Shown here piece after piece: positions 10,364 through 21,425 of a stretch of DNA of 64,000 nt (positions within the stretch are counted from its first letter, which is position 1; every line of letters starts with the position of its first letter). The position numbers and the translations under genes were made by a program. Below the pieces are notes generated by a model that searched no databases, had not been told where the DNA came from, and saw only the letters and a list, made by a program, of their open reading frames with translations. This DNA is from an uncultured delta proteobacterium (lineage in GTDB: Bacteria > Desulfobacterota > BSN033 > UBA1163), in assembly GCA_963827685.1 (NCBI GenBank), contig CAWHBU010000007.1, positions 32,001-96,000 of the forward strand, in the 5' to 3' direction.

Positions 10364-10450
10364 CCCCCTCCCCCTTGATGGGGGAGGGTGCGGGTGGGGG
10401 TGAATACTTATGCCCCCTCCCCTTCATCCCCTCCCGCCAGGGGAGGGGAG
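10364..10450. repeat. Double C/G-run REP-like palindrome
   Basis: ccctcccccttgatgggggagggtgcgggtgggggtga...ccccctccccttcatcccctcccgccaggggaggggag; close copy at 48153-48245. Confidence 0.85.
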
Positions 10451-10463
10451 ATTTTTCGAGGCA

Positions 10464-10877
10464 TTACGAAAGAAACTTTCTAAATCCACTGACAAAGGCA
10501 ATCTGGGGAACCTTTTCCAAAAATCCCTCTGGAAATTCAGGGATCTGAATATGATCCTTTCTCTCTTTCTTTCTCAGTACCACCACCCTCAACGCATCCA
10601 TCACCCTGGCAATATCGATCCCTTTCGGGCACCTCGATGTACATTGAAGGCAGGAGGCACAGAGCCAGAAGGTATTGACTCCCAGAGCCTCCTCTTCCAG
10701 GCCCAGCAGTGTGTATCGGATGACTTCGTGAGGACCAACCTCCATGGCGAAGGCAACCGGGCATCCAGCCGTGCAATTCCCGCACTGGTAACAGGCAAAC
10801 AGATTTTGCCCGCTGATCAGCTCCACTTTCTTCGAAAATTCATTGTGAACCTTCTGTCTCGTCAGTTCGATCTTCAT
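10464..10877 (-). CDS. hdrC: Heterodisulfide reductase subunit C
   Basis: CYQCGNCTAGCP, WLCASCLQCTSRCPKGID; GAGGGG SD before ATG 10877. Confidence 0.92.
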   Translation of the reverse strand: MKIELTRQKVHNEFSKKVELISGQNLFACYQCGNCTAGCPVAFAMEVGPHEVIRYTLLGLEEEALGVNTFWLCASCLQCTSRCPKGIDIARVMDALRVVVLRKKERKDHIQIPEFPEGFLEKVPQIAFVSGFRKFLS

Positions 10878-10895
10878 GATTCCCCTCATCGTCTT

Positions 10896-11807
10896 TCATA
10901 TAAGCGTGGCAATCACATACCCGATCGCCAAAAGGGCCTGTGTTCCAAGAATCGTAATCACATTCGCTCCCAATATCGGAACCAGCTTTTCGGTGTTATC
11001 GTAGTATTTCAATGCTCCCCTTGCTGCCTTCCATCCAAAACCCATCGTTCCCAGACCGATGAGTGTCACCACAGGCATCATCTTCGTAATAACCCCCGCA
11101 AGGATACAGAGATACGAGGCGGTAAGCAAAGCCACAAAGAGATAACTCGCATCCTTCTTCCCAAGGGAAATGACAAAATGCTTCCTTCCTCCTTTTTGGT
11201 CCGCCTGCCAGTCCGGGAACTCGTTTAGAAAAAGGAGATTCGATGTCAGTATCCCCGGCGCGAGGGAGGCAAACAATGTCTCCCAGCTGTATCTTCCTGT
11301 CTGCACATAATAGGAGCCCAGGACGAGTAAAGGCCCGAAGCTTAGGCCTGCAAAAATTTCGCCCATAAACCATTTGGAAAGGTAAACATTGTAAAAATAG
11401 GCAGCGAATCCGGCCAGGAGAAGAAGAGGAAAAAGAAGCCAGCCCTTCAGCATCACAAAATAGAATCCAATCACCATGGCGATGAGCAAACAGATGGTTC
11501 CGAACCAGAAGGCCTGTTTGGGCTTCAAAAGATTCAAAGGGAGCACACCGCTCCCTCCGCTGAAAGGAGTCCTTTGAGTGTTTAGATCAATCCCATCGAC
11601 ATAGTCGTGGTAATCATTGATGATGTTGACGGTCATGTGGACAAGGATGGAGCCGAACATGGCCAGGAGAAAATGACCCAAATGGAAATAGCCTTCATAG
11701 GCAGCAATGGCTGTCCCCAAAGAAACCAGGATGATTGTGAGAGGTAAAAATTGGAAACGAGGAAGCATCAGCCATGCCTTCAAGGAACCCGGATTGACTC
11801 TCTCCAT
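10896..11807 (-). CDS. menA: UbiA-superfamily prenyltransferase, MenA-like
   Basis: NIINDYHDYVDGID and NEFPDWQADQKGGRK Asp-rich motifs, PFSGGSG, many TM helices. Confidence 0.75.
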   Translation of the reverse strand: MERVNPGSLKAWLMLPRFQFLPLTIILVSLGTAIAAYEGYFHLGHFLLAMFGSILVHMTVNIINDYHDYVDGIDLNTQRTPFSGGSGVLPLNLLKPKQAFWFGTICLLIAMVIGFYFVMLKGWLLFPLLLLAGFAAYFYNVYLSKWFMGEIFAGLSFGPLLVLGSYYVQTGRYSWETLFASLAPGILTSNLLFLNEFPDWQADQKGGRKHFVISLGKKDASYLFVALLTASYLCILAGVITKMMPVVTLIGLGTMGFGWKAARGALKYYDNTEKLVPILGANVITILGTQALLAIGYVIATLI

Positions 11808-11831
11808 GATTCAAACCTCCAAACTCAAAAT

Positions 11832-11883
11832 CAGGTTGAGCTTAAGAAAATGTTGTCCTTAACCTGAACCTTGACCTTAACCT
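11832..11883. repeat. Hexamer-unit hairpin (AGGTTG / CTTAAC)
   Basis: aggttgagcttaag, loop, cttaacctgaaccttgaccttaacct; overlaps the fumarase beta stop codon. Confidence 0.6.
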
Positions 11884-12434
11884 TTCCGATACTTCTTCTC
11901 CCCTTCAATATAGAGGTCATTCCCCCTGACATCATTGACGACAATCACCGGAAGGTCTTCGACCTCTAATCTTCGGATCGCTTCCGGTCCCAGATCCTCA
12001 TAGGCCACTATCTCAGCCTTCTTCACCCGTTTGGCCAGAAGTGCCCCCGCCCCTCCCGTGGCAGCAAAATAGACTGCCTTATGTTTTTTCATCGCCTCTT
12101 TCACCGCATTGGACCTCATTCCCTTCCCAATCATTCCTTTCAACCCTCTCTCAATTAAAGAGGGAGAGTAGGCATCCATACGATAACTGGTCGTGGGACC
12201 CGCTGATCCAAAGACCTGCCCCGGTTTGGCAGGTGTGGGACCCACATAATAGATGATCTGACCTTTGATATCAAAGGGAAGGTTTTTCCCCTCTCTTAAT
12301 AGATCAAAAAGCCGTTTATGGGCAGCGTCTCTTCCTGTATAGATGATTCCGTTGATCAGGATGCGATCACCTATTCTTAGTTTTTCCACATCCTCATCGC
12401 TTAGAGGCGGTTTCAATCGTATCGGTTGATTCAT
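11877..12434 (-). CDS. Fe-S fumarate/tartrate hydro-lyase beta subunit
   Basis: GRDAAHKRL, YYVGP, GPTTSYRMD, MIGKG, GGAGAL, DLGPEAI. Confidence 0.93.
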   Translation of the reverse strand: MNQPIRLKPPLSDEDVEKLRIGDRILINGIIYTGRDAAHKRLFDLLREGKNLPFDIKGQIIYYVGPTPAKPGQVFGSAGPTTSYRMDAYSPSLIERGLKGMIGKGMRSNAVKEAMKKHKAVYFAATGGAGALLAKRVKKAEIVAYEDLGPEAIRRLEVEDLPVIVVNDVRGNDLYIEGEKKYRKG

Positions 12435-12457
12435 CTCACCTCCAGTTCAGACAAATC

Positions 12458-12552
12458 GACACGGAGACACGGTGATAGGGTGACACGGTGATAACATGAC
12501 GCGGTGACACAGTGTTTTTCTCCTTGTCTCCGAGTCTCAGCGTCTCCGTGTC
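12458..12552. repeat. Octamer-unit hairpin (GACACGGT x7 / TCCGTGTC x4)
   Basis: gacacgga gacacggt gatagggt gacacggt gataacat gacgcggt gacacagt, then tccttgtc tccgagtc tcagcgtc tccgtgtc. Confidence 0.85.
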
Positions 12553-12579
12553 ATACATTCTCGACATCTCCTCATCTCT

Positions 12580-13419
12580 TTATATTATGGTTTCCTTGTG
12601 CCTCTGTGCATGGCACTGGATGTTCACTGCCAAGGGGAAACTGGCGATATGACACGGCATCATTAAAATGTGAACAGCCAATGAAGTGGTCCGTCCTCCT
12701 AATCCCTGAGGCCCAATACCAAGCTTATTGATCGCAGTCAGGATCTCCGATTCCAACTGATCCAATTCCGGATCCGGATTTCTGCTTCCCAAAGATCTGA
12801 GCAAGCTCTTCTTCGCAAGGAGCGCAGCTTGCTCAAAGGTTCCTCCAATCCCGACTCCGACTATGGTTGGAGGACAGGGATTCGATCCTGATTCTTTCAC
12901 TCTCTGAACCACAAAACGCTTGATGCCATCGACCCCATCCGATGGGGTGAGCATCGTTACGCGGCTCATATTCTCACTGCCACCCCCTTTGGGGGCTACC
13001 GTAATCTTAACTTTATCTCCGGGAACCACTTCTGTATGGATGATCGCAGGCGTATTGTCTCCTGTATTGGCTCGGGTGAAAGGATGACAAATAGACTTTC
13101 TTAAATACCCATCCCGGTATCCTTGGCGAACACCCTCCTGGATGGCCTCAGTCAGATTTCCCCCAGTCAGATGAACATCCTGCCCCAATTCTACAAATAC
13201 CACTGCAAACCCTGTATCCTGGCAAATCGGGACACTCTCTTCTTTTGCAATTCGGGCATTCTCCTTTAATTCCTTTAATATCTCCACCCCCAGAGAAGAT
13301 TCTTCTTCCTGCATCGCCCGATCAAAGGCCTGAAGGACATCCTCTCCAAGATCGGTGTTGGCCTTCATGCAAAGGTCTCTTACCTTCTCCGTGATCAACT
13401 TCACATTGATCTCTCGCAT
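12580..13419 (-). CDS. Fe-S fumarate/tartrate hydro-lyase alpha subunit
   Basis: PICQDTG, NTGDNTP, KGGGSEN, NPCPP, GIGPQGLGG, QCHAQRH. Confidence 0.94.
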   Translation of the reverse strand: MREINVKLITEKVRDLCMKANTDLGEDVLQAFDRAMQEEESSLGVEILKELKENARIAKEESVPICQDTGFAVVFVELGQDVHLTGGNLTEAIQEGVRQGYRDGYLRKSICHPFTRANTGDNTPAIIHTEVVPGDKVKITVAPKGGGSENMSRVTMLTPSDGVDGIKRFVVQRVKESGSNPCPPTIVGVGIGGTFEQAALLAKKSLLRSLGSRNPDPELDQLESEILTAINKLGIGPQGLGGRTTSLAVHILMMPCHIASFPLAVNIQCHAQRHKETII

Positions 13420-13476
13420 ATCTTTTTACCTTTTTATCTTGAACAATTCATAATTCTAAACTCTCAACTCATAACT

Positions 13477-14502
<1,026 letters not shown>

Positions 14503-14524
<22 letters not shown>

Positions 14525-15576
14525 ACTTTCTTGGATTCAATTTGGTAACCTTTCGGATGAAAACCGCAAGTCTTCCGGATAATCAGCTCGGGCTCTAAAA
14601 TAATCTCCTTGGAAGGCCCTGTCTCCCTCCCTTCAATCCTTTCAACTAACGTTTTCACCGCCACCGCGCCCATCTCATACTTTTTTTGGCCGATCGTTGT
14701 CAATTCAATCCCTTTCATGGAGGTGAATTCAATATCGTTAAATCCTATCAATGCGATTTCCTCTGGAACTTTCATGCCCTCTTCAACGACCGCCTGGTAA
14801 GTTCCTAAAGCCATGTAGTCGTTCGTCGCAAAAATGGCTGTGGGAGGCTCGTTCATCTTAAGAAATTTCTTCCCTCCCTGATAACCGGATCCTTTTAAAA
14901 AATCTCCTTCCAGGAAATAATCCCCTATCTCTTCCAAACCGTAAGCAGCCAGCGCTTTCTTTCCACCCTGGAGACGTTCAAAACCAACGGAAGATTCGGA
15001 AGATCCACCGATCATTCCAATCCGTTTATGGCCGAGTTTGATCAGGTGCTCAACAGCTAAAAAACCGCCGAGGATATTATCCACACCGACGTAATCAACT
15101 TTCTCTCTCACCATAGGATGATAGGTTCTGCGATTGACCAAGATAATGGGAAATCCCTCGTCAGCCAACCCGATGATATTGGGGTCACCCATATGTGCAG
15201 AAGTAAAAATGATACCATCCACCCCTTTGCTTCGCAGCATATCAATATACTGGTTTTCGACGGAAAGGTCGTAATTGGTGCTGCAGAGAATGATATTATA
15301 CCCCAGACGGATAGCCGTCGTTTCGATCCCCTGGGAGAGTTCCGTATAGAAAGGATTGGCAATGGTCGTGATGACGAGACCTAATGTCTTGGTTCGCCTC
15401 ATCACCAGACTTCTGGCAATGAAATTTGGCCGATAGTTTAATGCTTTTGCAATATCAAGAATTCTTTCCTTGGTCGCATTCTTGATCCGAGATTTATTAT
15501 TGAGCGCCCTTGAGACCGTGGTGTGGGAGACCTTGGCCATTCGGGCAATATCTTTAATAGTGGTCTTCTTATCCAT
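14503..15576 (-). CDS. LacI-family transcriptional regulator
   Basis: TIKDIARMAKVSHTTVSRALN HTH, LNYRPNFIARSL hinge, periplasmic-binding-like effector domain. Confidence 0.95.
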
Positions 15577-15581
15577 GTTCT

Positions 15582-15708
15582 TGCGTTAACGGTAACACAA
15601 AAATCTAAACTTTTCAATAAAATTAGAAATTATTCATCAAATCAGAGAGTTATATTGTTCTCCAAGAATGGTGCGTCAACGCTAACATTTATAGATTTCT
15701 TTTGTCAA
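15582..15708 (-). promoter_or_regulatory. Two LacI-type operators (15582-15597, 15672-15687) and a sigma70 promoter
   Basis: TGCGTTAACGGTAACA and TGCGTCAACGCTAACA are near-palindromes with a central CG, 90 bp apart. Minus-strand TTGACA-18-TAGCGT with extended TG overlaps the upstream operator. Confidence 0.7.
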
Positions 15709-15823
15709 GAAAAATATTTGGCCTCTTCTTGTTTCTTGGAAACTTTTGCTTAAAAAACCTGCGGGGCGGTGATTAAAAGACCAACGATGAAGATTTAGCG
15801 TTACGGTATTTACCGGAATGGAT

Positions 15824-15903
15824 TCCGCCCTAAAGCTTCGTCACCTGACCGCCTGTTCCGTCTTGCAACCAAAGTGGTCTCTCGTTAATTGTGACACGGT
15901 CTC
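15824..15903 (-). mobile_element. Partial MITE, one end homologous to 51060-51335
   Basis: Reverse complement gagaccgtgtcacaattaacgagagaccactttggttgcaagacggaacaggcggtcaggtgacgaagctttagggcggaa matches 51060 onward. Confidence 0.75.
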
Positions 15904-15927
15904 TTAGGGGGGAAAATGAGGTGGGGC

Positions 15928-17508
15928 TTAGTGGACTTTTTTCTTGTGGCCCTCCCAATACTTATCTCTTAAACCCCTCTTGTGAATCTTTCCAGAGCCG
16001 GTTCTTGGAAGAGCTCCGATGAAATCAATTGATTTAGGCGCTTTATAATGAGCCAGCCTCTCCTTACAAAACTGAATGATCTCTTGTTCGGTCGCCTTCT
16101 GCCCGGATCTTAGCACCACGAACCCTTTTACGGCCTCACCCCATTTTTGATCGGGGATTCCAATAACCGCACATTCCAAAATGGCCGGGTGCGTATAAAG
16201 CACATTTTCAACTTCTGTCGAATAGACATTTTCCCCTCCGGTCAGGATCATGTCCTTCTTCCGATCAACGATCGTGACATAGCCCTCTTCGTCCATCACT
16301 GCCATATCACCGGTATAAAGCCACCCGTCTTTAATCGATTTCTTCGTTTCTTCAGGTAATTTCCAGTACCCTTTCGTGACGATATCTCCTTTGACGATGA
16401 TCTCTCCGACCTCTTTTTCATCCTTCTTAATTTCCTTTCCCTGTTCATCGACCACCTTCATCTCTACGCCAATGAATTCTCTTCCCGTCTTGGACTTGAA
16501 TCGAAGCTGATCTTCATCGGATAATTTTCTTAGGTGTTCTTTCAAAATAGAGAGCGTCAAATAGGGACTGGTCTCGGTCATGCCATAGGTTTGGATATAG
16601 TCACAGTTGAAGGTCTCCACGATCTTTCGAACCACTTCTGGGGCAATGGGTGCCCCTCCGCTCAAGAGAACCCTCAAACTGCTGTAGTCAAACCTTCCGA
16701 CTTCAGGATGATTGACCATCAAGTTGAGCATCGTGGGGATGAGATTGGTGAGCGTGACTTTCTCCTTCTCGATGGTTTCCAGAACCACCTTCGCATCGAA
16801 CTCCCTGACCAAAACATGGGTCCCTCCCACCCATGTCACCGCCCAGGTGGCCCAGGCATCGGCAAGATGAAAAAGGGGGGCCACATGAACCCATACATCA
16901 CAATCTGTAAGATGAATTTCCGCAATGGTGCCAAGCGCATGAGTGGCCACATTCTTATGAGAAAGCATCACCCCTTTGGGCCGCCCCGTCGTGCCGCTCG
17001 TATAGTAGATCTGCGCAATATCATCATCCTTAATGGGAGGATCGGGCAGAGGACTGAAATCGGCTTGCTCCAATACCCTCTCGTAACTCAAATCGGCGGA
17101 ATCATCTGATTCCCGGAGCCCTCCCGTCCATAAAATCCTTTCAATCCCTCGAATCTCTTCCCGGATCCCATCTATTTGATTCTTAAACATCGAATCAGCA
17201 ATCAATATCTTCGATTCTGAATCCTGGAGGATAAAGGCGATCTCTCTGGGTGAAAGCCGATAGTTGATCGGCACAGAGATTGCTCCGATCTGTGGAATGG
17301 CGTAGTAGGATTCCAAAAATACGTGACAATTGGGGTGGAGAATGGCGACCTTATCGTCCTTCCCAACCCCAAAACCCCTTAGACCATGAGAGAGACGATT
17401 GATTCGGTGGCAGAATTCCTGATAGGTCCAGCGCCTTTCCCCGCATACGATGGCTTGTTTCCGGGGAAAGAGTTTAAGCGCCTTGGCGAGCGTTTCGGTC
17501 AGAACCAT
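15928..17508 (-). CDS. Acyl-CoA synthetase (AMP-forming, long-chain fatty acid-CoA ligase family)
   Basis: YTSGTTGRPKG, YGMTETSP, GWLYTGD, DRKKDMI, GGENVYS, LPRTGSGKI. Confidence 0.93.
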   Translation of the reverse strand: MVLTETLAKALKLFPRKQAIVCGERRWTYQEFCHRINRLSHGLRGFGVGKDDKVAILHPNCHVFLESYYAIPQIGAISVPINYRLSPREIAFILQDSESKILIADSMFKNQIDGIREEIRGIERILWTGGLRESDDSADLSYERVLEQADFSPLPDPPIKDDDIAQIYYTSGTTGRPKGVMLSHKNVATHALGTIAEIHLTDCDVWVHVAPLFHLADAWATWAVTWVGGTHVLVREFDAKVVLETIEKEKVTLTNLIPTMLNLMVNHPEVGRFDYSSLRVLLSGGAPIAPEVVRKIVETFNCDYIQTYGMTETSPYLTLSILKEHLRKLSDEDQLRFKSKTGREFIGVEMKVVDEQGKEIKKDEKEVGEIIVKGDIVTKGYWKLPEETKKSIKDGWLYTGDMAVMDEEGYVTIVDRKKDMILTGGENVYSTEVENVLYTHPAILECAVIGIPDQKWGEAVKGFVVLRSGQKATEQEIIQFCKERLAHYKAPKSIDFIGALPRTGSGKIHKRGLRDKYWEGHKKKVH

Positions 17509-17534
17509 TTTTTTCTTGGATTCTTTCTATCCAA

Positions 17535-19349
17535 CTACTCTTCCTCACTCTTGGTCAAATCCTCAAATCGGATATCTAAACCCAGAATGCCCCTGATCTC
17601 CCCCACTTCATTCCTGATCGGCCCGGATACGGTGATGCAGAGAGCTCCCGTAATTTTTGAAGAATAAAGGTCTGTGACATGAATTTTGCCGTCTCTCAAC
17701 GGTTCAATAAACCAAGAGCGGTTCGAGTAATTTTCTCCCATTCCCGCATGCTCATACTTGGCCTGATCCACGGCCTGGCAGATATTACGCGTAATCTTCG
17801 TCCCATTCATGTCGACCACATAGGCAAACTGGATATAGGGATACTCATCCACCAGAGATTTCAGGACGGGCTCCATCTCCTTGGCCGTCATGGCTTTCAT
17901 CCCGGGCTCCTCAATCACTCGTTCAATAATATGGGCAGCCAACTCATGGGCCCTTGCCTTGAGGATATCGAACTCAGAAACAAAGACCTCAGGAAGATAT
18001 TTACGGGTCGCCTTCTCCATCTCCTGATCTGAAATGGAAGTGGTTCTTCCTTCCTCATATTGTTTGGTGACCCACCGATTGATTTTGGCCACTCCCGGAT
18101 GTGTTTTTTCGACCCGATCCTTTCCGGTCAGGGCAAAATGGGAGTTGATCCACTGAGCGATCCCCGCCAACCCAGACTTATCGTTGACCGAGATGGAGAT
18201 GGGTCGATTGAGAATCTTAGCCGTATTAAAAATATTGTAGATCTCCTCGTTCTTCAGAATCCCATCCGCATGAATGCCAGCACTCGTTGAATTAAAATTG
18301 GCTCCCACAAGGGGCATATTGGAAGGAATATGGACACCCAGTGCCCGCTCTAAGTAGTTCCGGATCTCTGTGATCATGGTGGTATCGATACCGTTGTTAT
18401 GTCCCATCAAGCTGATATATTCGATGATCAGTCCTTCGATGGGCGGATTCCCGGTTCGCTCTCCAAAACCGAGAACCGTGCCATTCGCCGCAGAACATCC
18501 ATAAAGCCATGCGGTGGTGGCGTTGATGAATCCCTTATGAAAATCATTGTGGCCATGCCACTCCAGAAACTCAGAGGGAACGCCCGCATCGTCAATCATC
18601 GCTCGGATGATCTTGGGCACGCAACGGGGAAGCGCAGCACTTGGATAAGGCACGCCGTAACCCAAGGTATCGCAGAGTCGAACTTTGACCGGAAGCTTGG
18701 ACTCTTCGGAAAGACGCATGAGATCCTGAGCAAAAGGAACGCAGAATCCGTAGATATCCGCCCGTGTCACATCCTCAAAATGGCATCGAGGGACGATTCC
18801 GAGATCCAGTGCAGCGGAAACGATGGAGAGGTACTCCCGCATCACCACCCTCCTGTTCTTTTTCAGTTTTAGGAAGATATGGTAATCCGATACAGAAGTG
18901 AGAATACCCGTCTCTTTCAGTCCCATCTCTTTCACCAGCTTAAAATCTTCCTTCACCGCACGGATCCATCCTGTAATCTCAGGATAGCGGTAATTCCTCT
19001 CCTGGCATTTTCTGACAGCCTCTTTGTCCTTTTCAGAGTATAAAAAGAATTCACATTGCCGGATCACTCCGTTGGTGCCTCCTAATTTATGGAGCATCTC
19101 ATAGAGGTCTACAATCTGCTCCACCGTATAAGGAGGCCTGGCCTGTTGCCCGTCCCGGAACGTGGTATCGGTAATAAAGATCTCTTCAGGGGGATCGGTA
19201 AAGACGAATTTGTTGTCGAATTCTACCCGGCAAACCTCTTCGTATGGAAAGACATTACGATAGAGGTTCGGTTCCTGGATATCCAGGAGGGGGAATTGCT
19301 CTACGGCGTGCTTGCTTTGAAACGTTCTCTTCTTTCCGCTGATGGTCAT
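17535..19349 (-). CDS. Re-citrate synthase-like DRE-TIM metallolyase with C-terminal Cache/PDC domain
   Basis: DTTFRDGQQARPP, SDYHIF, HFEDVTRAD, HGHNDF, GERTGN, AGIHADG; C-terminal YSNRSWF...LYSSKITGALCITVSGPI...GILGLDI; AAGGAG SD before ATG 19349. Confidence 0.8.
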   Translation of the reverse strand: MTISGKKRTFQSKHAVEQFPLLDIQEPNLYRNVFPYEEVCRVEFDNKFVFTDPPEEIFITDTTFRDGQQARPPYTVEQIVDLYEMLHKLGGTNGVIRQCEFFLYSEKDKEAVRKCQERNYRYPEITGWIRAVKEDFKLVKEMGLKETGILTSVSDYHIFLKLKKNRRVVMREYLSIVSAALDLGIVPRCHFEDVTRADIYGFCVPFAQDLMRLSEESKLPVKVRLCDTLGYGVPYPSAALPRCVPKIIRAMIDDAGVPSEFLEWHGHNDFHKGFINATTAWLYGCSAANGTVLGFGERTGNPPIEGLIIEYISLMGHNNGIDTTMITEIRNYLERALGVHIPSNMPLVGANFNSTSAGIHADGILKNEEIYNIFNTAKILNRPISISVNDKSGLAGIAQWINSHFALTGKDRVEKTHPGVAKINRWVTKQYEEGRTTSISDQEMEKATRKYLPEVFVSEFDILKARAHELAAHIIERVIEEPGMKAMTAKEMEPVLKSLVDEYPYIQFAYVVDMNGTKITRNICQAVDQAKYEHAGMGENYSNRSWFIEPLRDGKIHVTDLYSSKITGALCITVSGPIRNEVGEIRGILGLDIRFEDLTKSEEE

Positions 19350-19379
19350 ATCTTCTCCTTCGCTCTCCTGCAAATCATA

Positions 19380-19491
19380 GTGAATGTGTGAAGCGTGAGT
19401 TGCAAGGGGTTACCCTCTAACCCCTAACACCTTACCCCTTACGAATGAGGATTGCATTATCCGACTCAACCTCAGCCTCAGCCTTAACCTT
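19380..19491. repeat. Heptamer hairpin plus hexamer tandem run
   Basis: gtgaagc gtgagtt gcaaggg / ctctaac ccctaac accttac cccttac, then ctcaac ctcagc ctcagc cttaac. Confidence 0.6.
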
Positions 19492-19497
19492 CTGTTT

Positions 19498-21285
19498 TTA
19501 GACTTTGATCTCTTTGATCTTAATCCAAAGCTCATCCAACTGCTTGGAATCCACTCTCGAAGGCGCGTCGCTCATTAAACAAGTGCCCTTCTGGGTCTTC
19601 GGAAAGGCGATGACATCTCGTATGGACTCTGCATGACTGAGGATCATGACGAGACGGTCAAGCCCGAAGGCAATACCGCCATGAGGTGGGGTTCCATATT
19701 CAAGAGCCTCCAAAAGAAATCCGAACCTCTCTCTGGCCTCCACCTCTCCCATTCCCAACTTTTCAAAGAGGAGAGATTGCACCTCCCTCAGATGATTTCG
19801 AATGCTTCCTCCACCGATTTCCGACCCGTTCAATACCAGATCATAAGCCTTGGCCTTGACGAATTCTGGATGATCCTTCAACTTGGGGATGTCTTCGTCC
19901 TTGGGGGCAGTAAACGGGTGATGCACAGCCACAAAACGTCCTTCGGCTTCATCATACTCCAAAAGCGGAAAATCGAGGATCCAGACAAACCGATATTCAT
20001 CTTTGGGAATAAGTCCCAATCTCTCACCGAGATGAAGTCGAAGGTTGGCTAATGATTGATTGACCACCTTGGGTGGCCCTGCCACGAAGAGAAGAAGATC
20101 GTTTTCCATGGCATTCAAAGCATTATCCACTGCCTTCCTCTCTTCCTCCGTGACAAATTTCTGAATCGACGATTGCCATCCATTGGCGCCTGCTTTTGCC
20201 GAGATCAATCCTTTGGCACCGAAGTTCTGAACAAAGTGCGTGAGATCGTCGACTTCCTTTCGTGAAAAAGAACTTCCTCCTTTCACATTGATCGCCTTAA
20301 TGATGCCCTTTCCTTCCAAGGTATCCCTGAATACCTGGAAGGAAGACCCTCTCAAGGCTTCGGTCACATCCCTCAGTTCCATTCCAAATCGGGTATCAGG
20401 CTTGTCCGCTCCATATCGATTCATCGCTTCATCATAGGTCAAGACTGGAAAGGGTAGTTCCAAAGTCATGCCTAAGACCTCTTTAAAGACATGGGCCATC
20501 AATCCTTCCATCGTTCTCTGGATATCCTGAACCGTGACGAACGACATCTCCACATCGATTTGTGTGAATTCAGGCTGACGGTCGGAACGGAGGTCTTCGT
20601 CCCGAAAGCACCGTACAATCTGAAAGTATCGGTCGAATCCGGAGACCATCAGGATCTGTTTTAATAGCTGGGGAGACTGAGGCAGGGCATAGAAATGGCC
20701 CGGACTAAGTCGGCTGGGGACTAAAAAATCTCTTGCTCCCTCAGGGGTGCTTTTGAAAAGCATCGGTGTCTCGACCTCTAAAAATCCCATTCGATCGAAG
20801 TAATTTCGAACCTCTTTGGCCACCTGATGGCGTAAGATCAAATTCCGCTGGAGCCCTGGTCGCCTCAGGTCCAAATATCGATATTTCAGACGAGTCTCCT
20901 CGGCTACCTCCGCCTCGTCTTCTATAGGAAACGGGGGGGTTTTAGCAACGTTGAGAATCTTTAGCTCTTTCGCAAGAACCTCAATTTCTCCCGTTCTTAA
21001 TTTTGGATTGGCCGTCCCTTTCGGCCTCTCTGCCACGGTTCCTATAACCGCTATGACATATTCGCTTCTCAGGGATTGGGCTTTCTCGTGTGTCCCTGAA
21101 CTCACCTCCGGATTGAAGACCACCTGGACAATTCCTTGTCGATCCCTCAATTCAATAAAGATGAGACCTCCAAGATCTCTTCTCCGTTGAACCCATCCCA
21201 AAAGGGTGACCTCGCGATTAACATCCTTTCTCTTGAGATCCCCACAATAATCCGATCTTTTCAGGTCTCCTAAAAGGTCAATCAT
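19498..21285 (-). CDS. aspS: Aspartate--tRNA ligase
   Basis: [80 protein letters not shown]. The longer ORF start translates repeats. Confidence 0.97.
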   Translation of the reverse strand: MIDLLGDLKRSDYCGDLKRKDVNREVTLLGWVQRRRDLGGLIFIELRDRQGIVQVVFNPEVSSGTHEKAQSLRSEYVIAVIGTVAERPKGTANPKLRTGEIEVLAKELKILNVAKTPPFPIEDEAEVAEETRLKYRYLDLRRPGLQRNLILRHQVAKEVRNYFDRMGFLEVETPMLFKSTPEGARDFLVPSRLSPGHFYALPQSPQLLKQILMVSGFDRYFQIVRCFRDEDLRSDRQPEFTQIDVEMSFVTVQDIQRTMEGLMAHVFKEVLGMTLELPFPVLTYDEAMNRYGADKPDTRFGMELRDVTEALRGSSFQVFRDTLEGKGIIKAINVKGGSSFSRKEVDDLTHFVQNFGAKGLISAKAGANGWQSSIQKFVTEEERKAVDNALNAMENDLLLFVAGPPKVVNQSLANLRLHLGERLGLIPKDEYRFVWILDFPLLEYDEAEGRFVAVHHPFTAPKDEDIPKLKDHPEFVKAKAYDLVLNGSEIGGGSIRNHLREVQSLLFEKLGMGEVEARERFGFLLEALEYGTPPHGGIAFGLDRLVMILSHAESIRDVIAFPKTQKGTCLMSDAPSRVDSKQLDELWIKIKEIKV

Positions 21286-21396
21286 GATTCGTGGCTCGTT
21301 CATCGGGATTCGCGAATGGTGTAGCTGATTGGTGTCAGTGATAGGTGGGTGGTAATCGGTCACCATTCACCCATCCTGTTCACAGACACGGAGACA

Positions 21397-21425
21397 ATAT
21401 TAACTAAATATAATAGATTGGTCAA
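21397..21425 (-). promoter_or_regulatory. sigma70 promoter for aspS
   Basis: TTGACC-17bp-TAATAT on the minus strand. Confidence 0.55.

Noticed and set aside
10344-10427. N-terminal extension of HdrB (MKGRGHKYSPPPAPSP)
   Set aside because: It is a translation of a REP; the family-typical start is MDYLYFPGC. The aspS (21286-21366), NtrC (30800-30907) and ATP-grasp (33042-33080) extensions are rejected for the same reason.
888-10877. Selenocysteine recoding in hdrA or mvhD
   Set aside because: All these ORFs are uninterrupted, with Cys at the usual positions and no in-frame TGA.
10410-11228. 272-aa plus-strand ORF
   Set aside because: Antisense shadow of hdrC and menA that starts in a REP and has no motifs.
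12458-12552. Tandem repeats as a CRISPR array
   Set aside because: Units are 6-9 bp, contiguous and inverted, with no unique spacers and no cas genes.
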